From Candidatus Krumholzibacteriota bacterium (GTDB lineage: Bacteria; Krumholzibacteriota; Krumholzibacteriia; LZORAL124-64-63), in the NCBI GenBank assembly GCA_039714075.1, contig JBDLKA010000030.1, positions 1-35,623 of the forward strand: DNA of 35,623 bases, in the 5' to 3' direction. A program made the translations under genes and the position numbers. Below, piece after piece: positions 27,468 through 35,623 of the stretch (the stretch's first letter is position 1; each line of letters begins with the position of its first letter). The notes under the pieces were generated by a model. It was not told where the DNA came from, did no database searches, and saw only the letters and a program-made list of their open reading frames with translations.

Positions 27468-28013
27468 TTACTCCCCGCCCAGGCTTTCCAGAAGATCTTC
27501 GAGAAGATTCCGGACGGCCGCCCGGGTGTAAGGGTCGTCTGGGTGGGACGGTTTCCCCTCGGTTTCGAAGTGCGGCCGCTCTGAATAATCCCTGCCCCAG
27601 CGGGCGTCGGTGTCCCGGACCAGCGAGGTCAAAAGGGATTCGGAACCCAGGGTGACATTCAGGAATTCCTCCAGCGCCCCGATCGGCCGGTCGAAGTGGC
27701 GGGCCAGCAGGGATGGGTCGAGTTTCAGTCTGGCAAGTATGGTGATGACTAGGGTTCCTGAGGGGTCCGCCAGCCGGGCTTCCAGGAGTTGCTTTATCTC
27801 CAGCAGGATCTGTTCTGCCCGTGCCACAGGCGAAGCTCCGGACAGGGAACCGGCAGCTTCACGCCCCACGGCTTCGGCCAGGGTGAATTTTCTTTCCCGC
27901 CGGATTTCGGATTCGGATATTTCCGTAGGCTTCCGCTTGGATTCCGGTTCCTGCCCGGGACCGGGAACATTGTCATTATCTGCACCTGGTTTTTTGGGCA
28001 TTAACGGGGACAT
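27468..28013 (-). CDS. Hypothetical protein
   Basis: 181-aa ORF filling the gap, co-directional with the TylF gene. Start uncertain; no family recognised. Confidence 0.6.
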   Translation of the reverse strand: MSPLMPKKPGADNDNVPGPGQEPESKRKPTEISESEIRRERKFTLAEAVGREAAGSLSGASPVARAEQILLEIKQLLEARLADPSGTLVITILARLKLDPSLLARHFDRPIGALEEFLNVTLGSESLLTSLVRDTDARWGRDYSERPHFETEGKPSHPDDPYTRAAVRNLLEDLLESLGGE

Positions 28014-28034
28014 CTCCAGGAATTTATCATCCCA

Positions 28035-28790
28035 TCAACCTGTTTTGATGAAAATGGCATGACCATTGATGTTCTGGACGCAAGTCAGATCCGGATCGGT
28101 TTCCTTTTCATGGACAAGGGTGGCGATTCCACGGGTACTGGGAAACCCGAAATCATCGAAAACGACAATGCCGCCGATGGGCATGCGCGGCCAGACCCAC
28201 TCTAGGGTGTCTTTTCCGGATTGATAGACATCAACGTCGATGTGGCAGAATCTGAAGCTGCGCTCCTCGATTTCACCACCGGTTTCTTCAGGGAAAAGAC
28301 CTTTCAGGATCTTGACCCGCTCGATACCGAGTTCGTCCATCAAGGAGCTGACCACCGGAATGGATGTGTCCGCATGTTCGCCGTCCGAGTAATATTTATC
28401 CTGTTCACCGGATTTCGCGACCCCTTCGAAAGTGTCACAAAGAAAAATATCCGCACTCAAGCCGAGCAGTTGGGACTTTTTCGCCAGCAAACCGCCGGTC
28501 CCGCCACGCCAGGCCCCGATTTCAACGATGTCTCCGTCAAGGTCCTTGGTCTGGGCCAGAAGATGCCAGAGTTCGTAACATCGAAAAAGATCCACCAGGG
28601 TGTTTTCCTGAATGATCCGGTGGCAAGCGAGGAATTCATCGTCCAGCAGCCAGGGACTGTAGGTTGCCCAGGACAAAAGGGTGGAGTCCCGTTCGGGGTC
28701 GAGGCATTTCTCGACAAACTTCGAGCGGGCCTGGAAAAGTGCCGTTTCCACCAGTTTTTTCCCGGATTTGGCGATCTTTTTCTTGTCCAT
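28035..28790 (-). CDS. TylF/MycF-family O-methyltransferase
   Basis: GDIVEIGAWRGG, LCDTFEG, KG.FPE, FCHIDVDVY.S and GGIVVFDDFG. Confidence 0.85.
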   Translation of the reverse strand: MDKKKIAKSGKKLVETALFQARSKFVEKCLDPERDSTLLSWATYSPWLLDDEFLACHRIIQENTLVDLFRCYELWHLLAQTKDLDGDIVEIGAWRGGTGGLLAKKSQLLGLSADIFLCDTFEGVAKSGEQDKYYSDGEHADTSIPVVSSLMDELGIERVKILKGLFPEETGGEIEERSFRFCHIDVDVYQSGKDTLEWVWPRMPIGGIVVFDDFGFPSTRGIATLVHEKETDPDLTCVQNINGHAIFIKTG

Positions 28791-28850
28791 GGCAACCTCA
28801 AAATTCAGGGGCCCCGTGAAGGCCCCTGGAAAAAATACCGGTCTCGGAGT

Positions 28851-29945
28851 CTAACGGAACAATGCCTTAAGGGATCCCCAACTTTCGGTTTCCACGGAAA
28901 CGACATTGTCCGTGCATCCGGCAGCGGGGTTGAATCCAATTAAACCACCTGGTCCGGTTAAACAAGGAGAGAATTGTGAAACCGCGCAATCGTCCCCGGT
29001 CGGTTGGCAGACCATTGAATTGACGTGGGCGTTGTCGGCCGTCCCGATGGGATCACAGGGTCCGATATAATCAATACCGTTATCCCAGAAAATATTGAAC
29101 GAAAAAATCTGGCAATCAACGGCTCTGACAGCGGGCGCTCCTCCGCTATTATGCGCAAAGAGGTTATACTCTGCGATCAATTGAGAACTGCCGCCATCCC
29201 TGATACAAGAGGCTCCGTAGGGGGCCAGGTTCCTGAGGAAGGTATTGTGTCTGAGCTCGCAGGTGGCAACAAAAAGGTCAATGTTGCCGGCGTATGACCC
29301 GGACCGGTTTTCCACAATACGGTTCCACTCGACAACAACACTTGACCTGTTGACGCCGATGACTCCGGCATAATTGGTGCTGGTGTTGTTATTGAAGAAG
29401 TTGTTCGTAATGGTGGCCTGGGCGTATTCAATAACCGTGATGGCCGACGATTTGTAGGAAATGTTTCCGATGAAATCGTTGTCGTGGATATCGGCGGTGG
29501 AATACATCTGGACGGATACTCCAGCACCTTCATAACTGGTATGGTTGTTCAGGAAGATATTGTTGTCGATTTCAATCTCCGTATGGTCATAGACCCTGAC
29601 ACCGCCGCCGATATAACCTCCGCCGTTAGTGAGGGTGAAACCGGAAATCCTGTTCCCTGGACCGCACAAATCTGCACTTATGCACATGTCGCCATTTCCG
29701 TTGATGATGGTGGATCCGGGTCCTGAAGAGCTTATCAACACCACTCCGCCGACCATGGTAATGTTTTCCACATAGGTGCCTGCGTTGACTGTCACCGTGT
29801 CGCCGGACCCCGCGAGATCCAATCCACCCTGGATGGTAAGGGCATCACCAGACCCGCCCTTGTCGACAATGATTACCGCGGCCATCGTGGTGGAAGAAAA
29901 AAGTATCAAGGTGAAAAAGACGAGTATCCCTTTTATTATTTTCAT
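28851..29945 (-). CDS. Secreted right-handed beta-helix repeat protein with C-terminal SWGxxKALFR tail
   Basis: Signal MKIIKGILVFFTLILFSSTTMA; TIQ.GLD.A.SGDTV.V.AGTY.ENI; Asn-ladder repeats (NNIF.NN); ends VSVETESWGSLKALFR. Confidence 0.82.
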   Translation of the reverse strand: MKIIKGILVFFTLILFSSTTMAAVIIVDKGGSGDALTIQGGLDLAGSGDTVTVNAGTYVENITMVGGVVLISSSGPGSTIINGNGDMCISADLCGPGNRISGFTLTNGGGYIGGGVRVYDHTEIEIDNNIFLNNHTSYEGAGVSVQMYSTADIHDNDFIGNISYKSSAITVIEYAQATITNNFFNNNTSTNYAGVIGVNRSSVVVEWNRIVENRSGSYAGNIDLFVATCELRHNTFLRNLAPYGASCIRDGGSSQLIAEYNLFAHNSGGAPAVRAVDCQIFSFNIFWDNGIDYIGPCDPIGTADNAHVNSMVCQPTGDDCAVSQFSPCLTGPGGLIGFNPAAGCTDNVVSVETESWGSLKALFR

Positions 29946-30113
29946 GTCATCTTCCAATCATTCAAATGGAAAATATATGCGAACATTAATGAGTCTACGC
30001 CCAATACAACTGCTTTCCAACAGCAAATTGGATTTCATATTCCGGAAAGTGATTGAAAAGTAAGGAATTGAGAGCTTTTAGATCTCAGATCTGGAAATTC
30101 AGGAGCCGTAGGA

Positions 30114-30866
30114 ATGGTCGATCGACAAGCTAATTTTCAGGACCTGGATCATTTGGCGGCGGGCGTCCCTGCTGCTACGGGGCAATTTATTCTTGAACGC
30201 CGAGCCCGCCTGATCCGCCCCCTGATTCCGGTCCCCTGCGGCCACCTGGTCGATTTCGGCTGCGGCAACGGGGCCCAGACACTGTTGTTCGCCGGGGATT
30301 GCGACCGGTTGACCGGGGTGGACGTCAGCCATGAGTTCCTGGCGGAATTTCGCCGGGAAATCGCCGGCCGCGGGCTGGCCGACAGGGTGGACGCCCTGGC
30401 CACCGCAGGCGGTCCCATCCCGCTGCCCGACGGTTCCGCCGATGTCGTGACTTCTTTTACGGTCCTGGAACATGTCCCGGACGAAATGGCGGCCCTGGCG
30501 GAGATGCGTCGGATTCTGCGTCCCGGGGGAAAGCTGATCATCACCGTTCCCAACCGGTGGTGGATTTTCGAAACCCACGGGGCCGATTTGCCGTTGTTAC
30601 CGTGGAATCGGGTGCCCCTGGTCAGTTGGTGGCCCAAAAAACTCCACGACCGCTGGGCCCGGGCCCGCATCTACCGCCGCCGGGAAATCGAGAAGCTTTT
30701 GGTCCGGTCGGGTTTCAACATCGAGGCAAGTTTTCGCATGACGGCTCCCATGGACATGATTTCGTGGGATCCACTACGCCGTTTTGTCCGGTCGACCCTG
30801 TTTCGCCCCGACCGGGCGCCCACACCATTCCAGGCCACGGAAATTGTGGTGGCCGCCACGAGGTGA
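30114..30866 (+). CDS. Class I SAM-dependent methyltransferase (Methyltransf_11-like)
   Basis: VDFGCGNG, GVDVS, D.V....VLEHVPD and EMRRILRPGG.L.ITVPN. Confidence 0.88.
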   Translation: MVDRQANFQDLDHLAAGVPAATGQFILERRARLIRPLIPVPCGHLVDFGCGNGAQTLLFAGDCDRLTGVDVSHEFLAEFRREIAGRGLADRVDALATAGGPIPLPDGSADVVTSFTVLEHVPDEMAALAEMRRILRPGGKLIITVPNRWWIFETHGADLPLLPWNRVPLVSWWPKKLHDRWARARIYRRREIEKLLVRSGFNIEASFRMTAPMDMISWDPLRRFVRSTLFRPDRAPTPFQATEIVVAATR

Positions 30867-30870
30867 TCCC

Positions 30871-32985
30871 ATGCACTCCCCTTCGAAGGTAGTCCTCTTC
30901 ATGATCTTGTCCCTTGCTGCAGTTACCGGTTGCGGGGGCGGAGACGAGGCTCCCGAAGCCGAAATCCGTCCCCACGAAATGACCCTCCACGGCCATACCC
31001 GTGTCGACAACTATTTCTGGCTGAAGGACAGGGAGAACCCCGAAGTTATCGCCTACCTCGAGGCCGAAAACGCCTACCTCGCCGAGACGATGGCCCACAC
31101 CGAAGAGTTTCAGGAAGATCTGTTCGAGGAGATGAAGGGGCGCATCAAGAAGGACGATTCCTCGGCTCCCTACGAATGGAACGGCTATTGGTACTATACC
31201 CGCTTTGTAAAGGGCGGCGAGTATGCCCTGCATTGCCGCCGGCCGGGCAGCATGGACGGTCCCGAAGAGATCATGTTCGACGGCAACGCCATGGGAGAGG
31301 GGCTCGGCTATTTCTCCCTGCGCGGCGTCGGGGTCAGCCCGGATACCAGACTGGCCGTGTTCGGCGTGGATGAAGTCGGCCGGCGGTTCTACACCCTGCG
31401 CGTGAAGGATCTGGCTTCGGGCAAGGTCCTGAAGGATGAAATCAGGGACGTGACCGGCAACGTGACCTGGGCCATGGACAACCGGACCCTGTTCTATTCC
31501 CGGCAGGACCCGGAGACCCTGCGCTCATACCAGGTCTGGCGGCATGAACTCGGGACGGACACTTCCCGGGACATCCTGGTATTCGAGGAAAAGGACGACA
31601 CCTTCAGCTGCTATGTCTCCCGCTCGAAATCGGACAGGTATCTGTTCATCAATTCCCGCCAAACTCTCAGCAGTGAAACCCGTCTGCTGGAAGCCGACAA
31701 CCCGACCGGCGAATTCCGGGTCTTCCAGGAGCGGCAGCGGGATATGGAATACAGGGTGGGGCATCAGGGGGATCGGTTCCTGATCAGGACCAATCTGCAT
31801 GCGAAAAATTTCCGCCTCATGGAATGCGGGCTGGAACAGACCTGGCTGGCCAACTGGCGCGAGGTCGTGGCCCATCGCGACGACGTGCTGCTCGAAGACG
31901 TGGAAATATTCGACGACTACCTGGTGCTGGGGGAACGGTTCGACGGTCTGACCCACTTGAAAATCATGCCGATGGATGGCAGCGCGCCGCATCACCTGGA
32001 TTTCGGCGAACCCACCTGGTCGGCCTGGACGGCCTACAACCCCCAAATGGATGCGGGGACCCTGAGATTCGGTTACACCTCCCTGACCACGCCGCGGTCG
32101 ACCTTCTCCTACGACATGAAGACCCGGCGCAAGGAATTGATCAAGCAGCAGGAAATCCTCGGCGGTTTCGACGCGGCCAACTACCAGGCGGAGTATCTGC
32201 ACGTCCCGGTGCGTGACGGCGTGCTGGTCCCGGTGTCCCTGGTCTACCGCAAGGGATTCAAGCCTGACGGGAAAAGTCCTTTGCTGCTGTACGCCTACGG
32301 GTCCTACGGATTCAGCATGGACGCGGGATTCAACTCGAACCGTTTGAGCCTGCTGGACCGGGGTTTTGTCTACGCCATCGCCCATGTCCGGGGCGGGCAG
32401 GAGATGGGCCGGTCCTGGTACGAGGACGGCAAACTACTGAAAAAGAAAAACACCTTCACCGATTTCATCGATTGCGGCCGATACCTGGTGAAAGAGAAAT
32501 TCACCTCCGATGACCGGCTTTTCGCCGCCGGTGGTTCGGCCGGCGGTCTGCTGATGGGTGCAGTGGTGAACATGGCCCCGGATCTGTGGCGGGGCGTGGA
32601 AGCCGGGGTCCCGTTCGTGGACGTGGTGACCACCATGCTGGATGATTCCATTCCCCTGACCACCGGCGAGTACGACGAGTGGGGCAACCCCAACGACAAG
32701 GAATACTACGACTACATGCTCAGCTATTCCCCCTACGACCAGGTGAGCGCCCAGGACTACCCCGCCATGCTGGTCACCACCGGGCTGCACGACAGCCAGG
32801 TGCAGTATTTCGAACCGGCCAAGTGGGTGGCGAAGTTGCGGGCGGTTGGCACCGGCGACAACCCCCTGATCTTCAAGATCAACATGGAAGCCGGCCACGG
32901 TGGAAAATCGGGCCGCTTCCGGCGGTTGGAAGAGAAAGCCCTGGCCTACGCGTTCTTCCTGGATCTGGTGGGGATCAGGGAATAG
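30871..32985 (+). CDS. ptrB: Oligopeptidase B (S9A) with lipoprotein signal
   Basis: HGHTRVDNYFWL, YAYGSYG, AHVRGG.E.G..WY, GGSAGG (Ser), HDSQV (Asp) and AGHGG (His). N-terminus ...LAAVTGC; ATG 30871 with GAGGTG RBS. Confidence 0.92.
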   Translation: MHSPSKVVLFMILSLAAVTGCGGGDEAPEAEIRPHEMTLHGHTRVDNYFWLKDRENPEVIAYLEAENAYLAETMAHTEEFQEDLFEEMKGRIKKDDSSAPYEWNGYWYYTRFVKGGEYALHCRRPGSMDGPEEIMFDGNAMGEGLGYFSLRGVGVSPDTRLAVFGVDEVGRRFYTLRVKDLASGKVLKDEIRDVTGNVTWAMDNRTLFYSRQDPETLRSYQVWRHELGTDTSRDILVFEEKDDTFSCYVSRSKSDRYLFINSRQTLSSETRLLEADNPTGEFRVFQERQRDMEYRVGHQGDRFLIRTNLHAKNFRLMECGLEQTWLANWREVVAHRDDVLLEDVEIFDDYLVLGERFDGLTHLKIMPMDGSAPHHLDFGEPTWSAWTAYNPQMDAGTLRFGYTSLTTPRSTFSYDMKTRRKELIKQQEILGGFDAANYQAEYLHVPVRDGVLVPVSLVYRKGFKPDGKSPLLLYAYGSYGFSMDAGFNSNRLSLLDRGFVYAIAHVRGGQEMGRSWYEDGKLLKKKNTFTDFIDCGRYLVKEKFTSDDRLFAAGGSAGGLLMGAVVNMAPDLWRGVEAGVPFVDVVTTMLDDSIPLTTGEYDEWGNPNDKEYYDYMLSYSPYDQVSAQDYPAMLVTTGLHDSQVQYFEPAKWVAKLRAVGTGDNPLIFKINMEAGHGGKSGRFRRLEEKALAYAFFLDLVGIRE

Positions 32986-33002
32986 CGCGATCGGCGGCAT
33001 CG

Positions 33003-33035
33003 AAAAAGCCCCGGGCGGTTGCCCGGGGCTTTTTT
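33003..33035. terminator. Bidirectional intrinsic terminator
   Basis: AAAAA-GCCCCGGGC-GGTT-GCCCGGGGC-TTTTTT between convergent genes. Confidence 0.92.
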
Positions 33036-33054
33036 ATTGGTGAAGGAACCGCCC

Positions 33055-35622
33055 TTATTTGATCAGAAGCATCCGGCGCGTCTGCCTGATGGCCGGACCC
33101 TCCATGGTGTACAGGTAGGTTCCCGAGGCCACCGCGCGGCCGGACTGGTCCCGGCCGTTCCAGACCTCGGAATGACGGCCCGCGGTGTAGGGACTGTCGA
33201 CCAGCGTCCGGATGCGCCGGCCGTCGATGCTGTAGATGTCGATCCTCACCCGGCCCGGAACCGCCAGATCGAACGAGATGGTGGTCATGGGGTTGAACGG
33301 GTTCGGATAGTTGAGATGCAGGGCCGAAACCGTGGGCAGATCTCCGTCGTCACCCACGGGTGTGGCCGCAGTGGTGGTCACCGGGACGGAGCTGTTGTCC
33401 TGGCCGCGGGCGTCGACGTCGGCGATCTGGAGCTGGGTATTACCCGCAGCCAGAACCTGGAAAGTAACCGAGGCTATCGTTCCGACCCCGGATATACCGC
33501 TTTCCCGTACTCCGGCCAGACAGACATCCACCACACCGGGGGAGGCCGACAGGACCAGGGAGTTGCCGCCCTGATCGGTCAGTAGTTGGCCACCCTGGAT
33601 TGAAACGGGTTCGACCACGGCGGGATCCCACACCAGGGGCATTTGGATGCCCTGGATCCGGCCGTCGGATGCCAGCACCAGATTGGCCTGGAAGGTTTCC
33701 CCGACGCCGGGTATGTCCGGCAGGTGGAGCGCCAGAATGTTGTTGGGCGCCGGATCCGGCACGTCATTGGAAGCCAAGGCCTGGGCGGAGGCTCCCGCGT
33801 CCGTACCGTAATTGATCCCGAAGAGCATGAGATCCTCGAATTCGATCATGTCGTCGGTGGTCGGCAGACCGTCGACGCTCATGTCGCTGGAGGGACCGAT
33901 ATCGAGGTTGTTCAGGTACAGGGGTTGGCCGTCCGATGTGCCGTAATGGGCACCGAGCAGCGTCAGGTCGTCGGTCCAGACCTTGTTGTCCCCGTCCAGG
34001 ATGGGGTCGCCGCCGTCCGAGACGTCACCCAGCAGGTAGTTCAGCACACCGGTGGTCATGACGGCTGTCGACTGGTTGCCCAGGGCATCGGCAGCCCGGG
34101 CGCAGAAGTACCAGTAATCCCGGGTCGTGGCCAGGTCGGTGGTGGTTTCCGCACCTGCGGGTACCACGTTCACCAGTTCCCAACCTTCGGCGATGGGATT
34201 GACCGGCAGGGTCGGGGCGCTGCCGCCTCCGTCATCGTACTCGGGGTAGCCGCCGAAGCCCTTGCGGTACACCGAGACGGTTGCGGCGTCCGGGTCCACC
34301 GAATCGGTCCAACTGATGTCGACCTCCGTGACGTTGCCGGGCGCGTTGTCCAGCATGACCTTGCTGAAGGCCAGGTTGGTCACGCCGGTCGGGGCGGTGG
34401 TGTCGATGAGGATGTCCGCGGGCCCGCCCGCCGCCGCGGCGATGGGGGCGTTGAGACAGTCGCGCAACTCCACATTCGTGATGTCGATGGTGCCGGTCCC
34501 GTCGGGTATCGTGTTGGTCACGTCCAGGGTGAACAGCGTGCCCGTAAGGGCGGTCGCTCCACAAGGCTCCCCGAGAATGGCGATATCGACGTCATAGGTC
34601 CCGTCCAGATTGTCGATGGGGTTGAACGAGGTCGCACTGATACTGCTCAGATAATCACCTTCAGTGATGCTGAGGATTCCGTCGCACAGATCCAGGTTGG
34701 TCAGCCCGAAGGTGACCGTGAACCCGCGGATATCGGTCCCGCTGTCCCGCAGGATCTCCACCGGGACACCGGTCGCACAGGGGAGGCCGGTTGAAATTCC
34801 GGGCACTCCGCTGGTGTTGGCGACGATGACGGTCCCCGAAGTCGGCGCGAAATTGGCGGTCACGTGGCGCGGCCGGTCCATGGTGATGGTGGCCGGGTTG
34901 TCGGTGCCGCTCAGGTCACCCGACCAGCCGGTGAAGACCCAATCGACATCGGGCGTGGCGGTCAGCTGGACCGGATCGCCGCAGGTATAGACGGCCTGAT
35001 CCGGGCTCTTGGCCACCGAGCCGAGGCCTGATGTGGTGATGTAGATGGAGTTCAGGTCCTGGTCGTCGGGCTCGACCACCGCATCGACGGTGTTGGAGAA
35101 ATAGTCGACGAAGGTGGTGAAGGGCGGGGCGCTGGTACCGTTGGGGCTGTGATTACCGGCGAACAATCCAACACCGGTCACCGTCAGGTTGTATGTCAAG
35201 CTTCCGGCCAGTGTCCAGGCGGATCCATCCGAGGAATAGTACATGTCCCAAAGGTCGCCGGTTCGTTGGACCCTCAGGTAAAGGGGTTGGTCACCCGGTA
35301 TTCCCACGCCGCCGTCAAAAATCGTGGGGGTGTTGCCGTCAGTGGTCCCAAATGCCCTGATGGCCGTTTCGGTGCTGTTGAAGTCGAATCGCAACCAGGT
35401 CTGGTTGTCCTGAAGAACGATTATGCCCTGTTCACCGTACGAGGTGTCCGGCAGGGTCGAGGAGAATTTCACCTCAACGGTGAAATCCTTGTCCTGGGAT
35501 GCCTGCAGGATGTACGGAGCGTTGATGACCCCGTTATACGGTTCATGGGAAATGCCACCGGGTACCGAAATGGCCACCTGGGCGTCGCCGGAAAATGCGC
35601 CGACAATGACCGGATCGGGTGC
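33055..35622 (-). CDS. Large secreted multidomain protein, 5'-truncated: ConA/DUF1349-like sandwich, InlB-B/Flg_new repeat, cohesin-like, FN3-like, dockerin-like, cohesin-like and FlgD-Ig C-terminal domain
   Basis: Frame is open to the window end. LTATPD..W.F.GWSGD...NP..ITMD....VTANF repeat; duplicated D...D..V/I..(D/E)DL....HYG/NYG motif; G.GTIASVTFQV cohesin strand; NYPNPFNPMTTISF...IYSIDGRRIR...ASGTY...MLLIK. Confidence 0.8.
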   Translation of the reverse strand, partial: APDPVIVGAFSGDAQVAISVPGGISHEPYNGVINAPYILQASQDKDFTVEVKFSSTLPDTSYGEQGIIVLQDNQTWLRFDFNSTETAIRAFGTTDGNTPTIFDGGVGIPGDQPLYLRVQRTGDLWDMYYSSDGSAWTLAGSLTYNLTVTGVGLFAGNHSPNGTSAPPFTTFVDYFSNTVDAVVEPDDQDLNSIYITTSGLGSVAKSPDQAVYTCGDPVQLTATPDVDWVFTGWSGDLSGTDNPATITMDRPRHVTANFAPTSGTVIVANTSGVPGISTGLPCATGVPVEILRDSGTDIRGFTVTFGLTNLDLCDGILSITEGDYLSSISATSFNPIDNLDGTYDVDIAILGEPCGATALTGTLFTLDVTNTIPDGTGTIDITNVELRDCLNAPIAAAAGGPADILIDTTAPTGVTNLAFSKVMLDNAPGNVTEVDISWTDSVDPDAATVSVYRKGFGGYPEYDDGGGSAPTLPVNPIAEGWELVNVVPAGAETTTDLATTRDYWYFCARAADALGNQSTAVMTTGVLNYLLGDVSDGGDPILDGDNKVWTDDLTLLGAHYGTSDGQPLYLNNLDIGPSSDMSVDGLPTTDDMIEFEDLMLFGINYGTDAGASAQALASNDVPDPAPNNILALHLPDIPGVGETFQANLVLASDGRIQGIQMPLVWDPAVVEPVSIQGGQLLTDQGGNSLVLSASPGVVDVCLAGVRESGISGVGTIASVTFQVLAAGNTQLQIADVDARGQDNSSVPVTTTAATPVGDDGDLPTVSALHLNYPNPFNPMTTISFDLAVPGRVRIDIYSIDGRRIRTLVDSPYTAGRHSEVWNGRDQSGRAVASGTYLYTMEGPAIRQTRRMLLIK

Positions 35623-35623
35623 G

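Noticed and set aside
28803..28836. Hairpin CAGGGGCC-CCGTGAA-GGCCCCTG as a terminator
   Set aside because: On the transcribed (minus) strand the long T run precedes the stem and only AATTTT follows; at most a weak or processing hairpin.

Overview
GC-rich bacterial chromosomal window with about 27 CDSs. No rRNA, tRNA, CRISPR array, transposase or integrase was seen. Bacterial origin is shown by FabH, a SPOR protein, lipobox proteins and sigma70-type promoters. Secreted proteins ending in an NxPNPFNP/FlgD-Ig domain or a 'SWGxxKALFR' tail suggest an FCB-related candidate phylum (Krumholzibacteriota/Eisenbacteria/Latescibacterota-like; this is inference). Contents in order: a truncated giant repeat surface protein; a 59-aa 2[4Fe-4S] ferredoxin missed by the ORF track; a DUF1573/Cys-less rhodanese/MauE operon; a K+ channel; cysK-cysE; an M1 aminopeptidase; a GNAT; gatE-gatD; rex with two Rex boxes; putP-SPOR-fabH; a ZIP transporter; two unknown lipoproteins; a HAD phosphatase; a shortened YgfK-like protein; a lower-GC stretch with a TylF methyltransferase and a beta-helix protein; a SAM methyltransferase; oligopeptidase B; and a truncated cohesin/dockerin-like surface protein. 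The stand-out observation is an intact, translationally coupled gatE-gatD operon. GatDE is the Glu-tRNA(Gln) amidotransferase normally described as an archaeal signature enzyme, here in a clearly bacterial genome. A 37-bp perfect inverted repeat overlaps the gatD stop codon. All family calls are from motif recognition by eye; no database searches were run.
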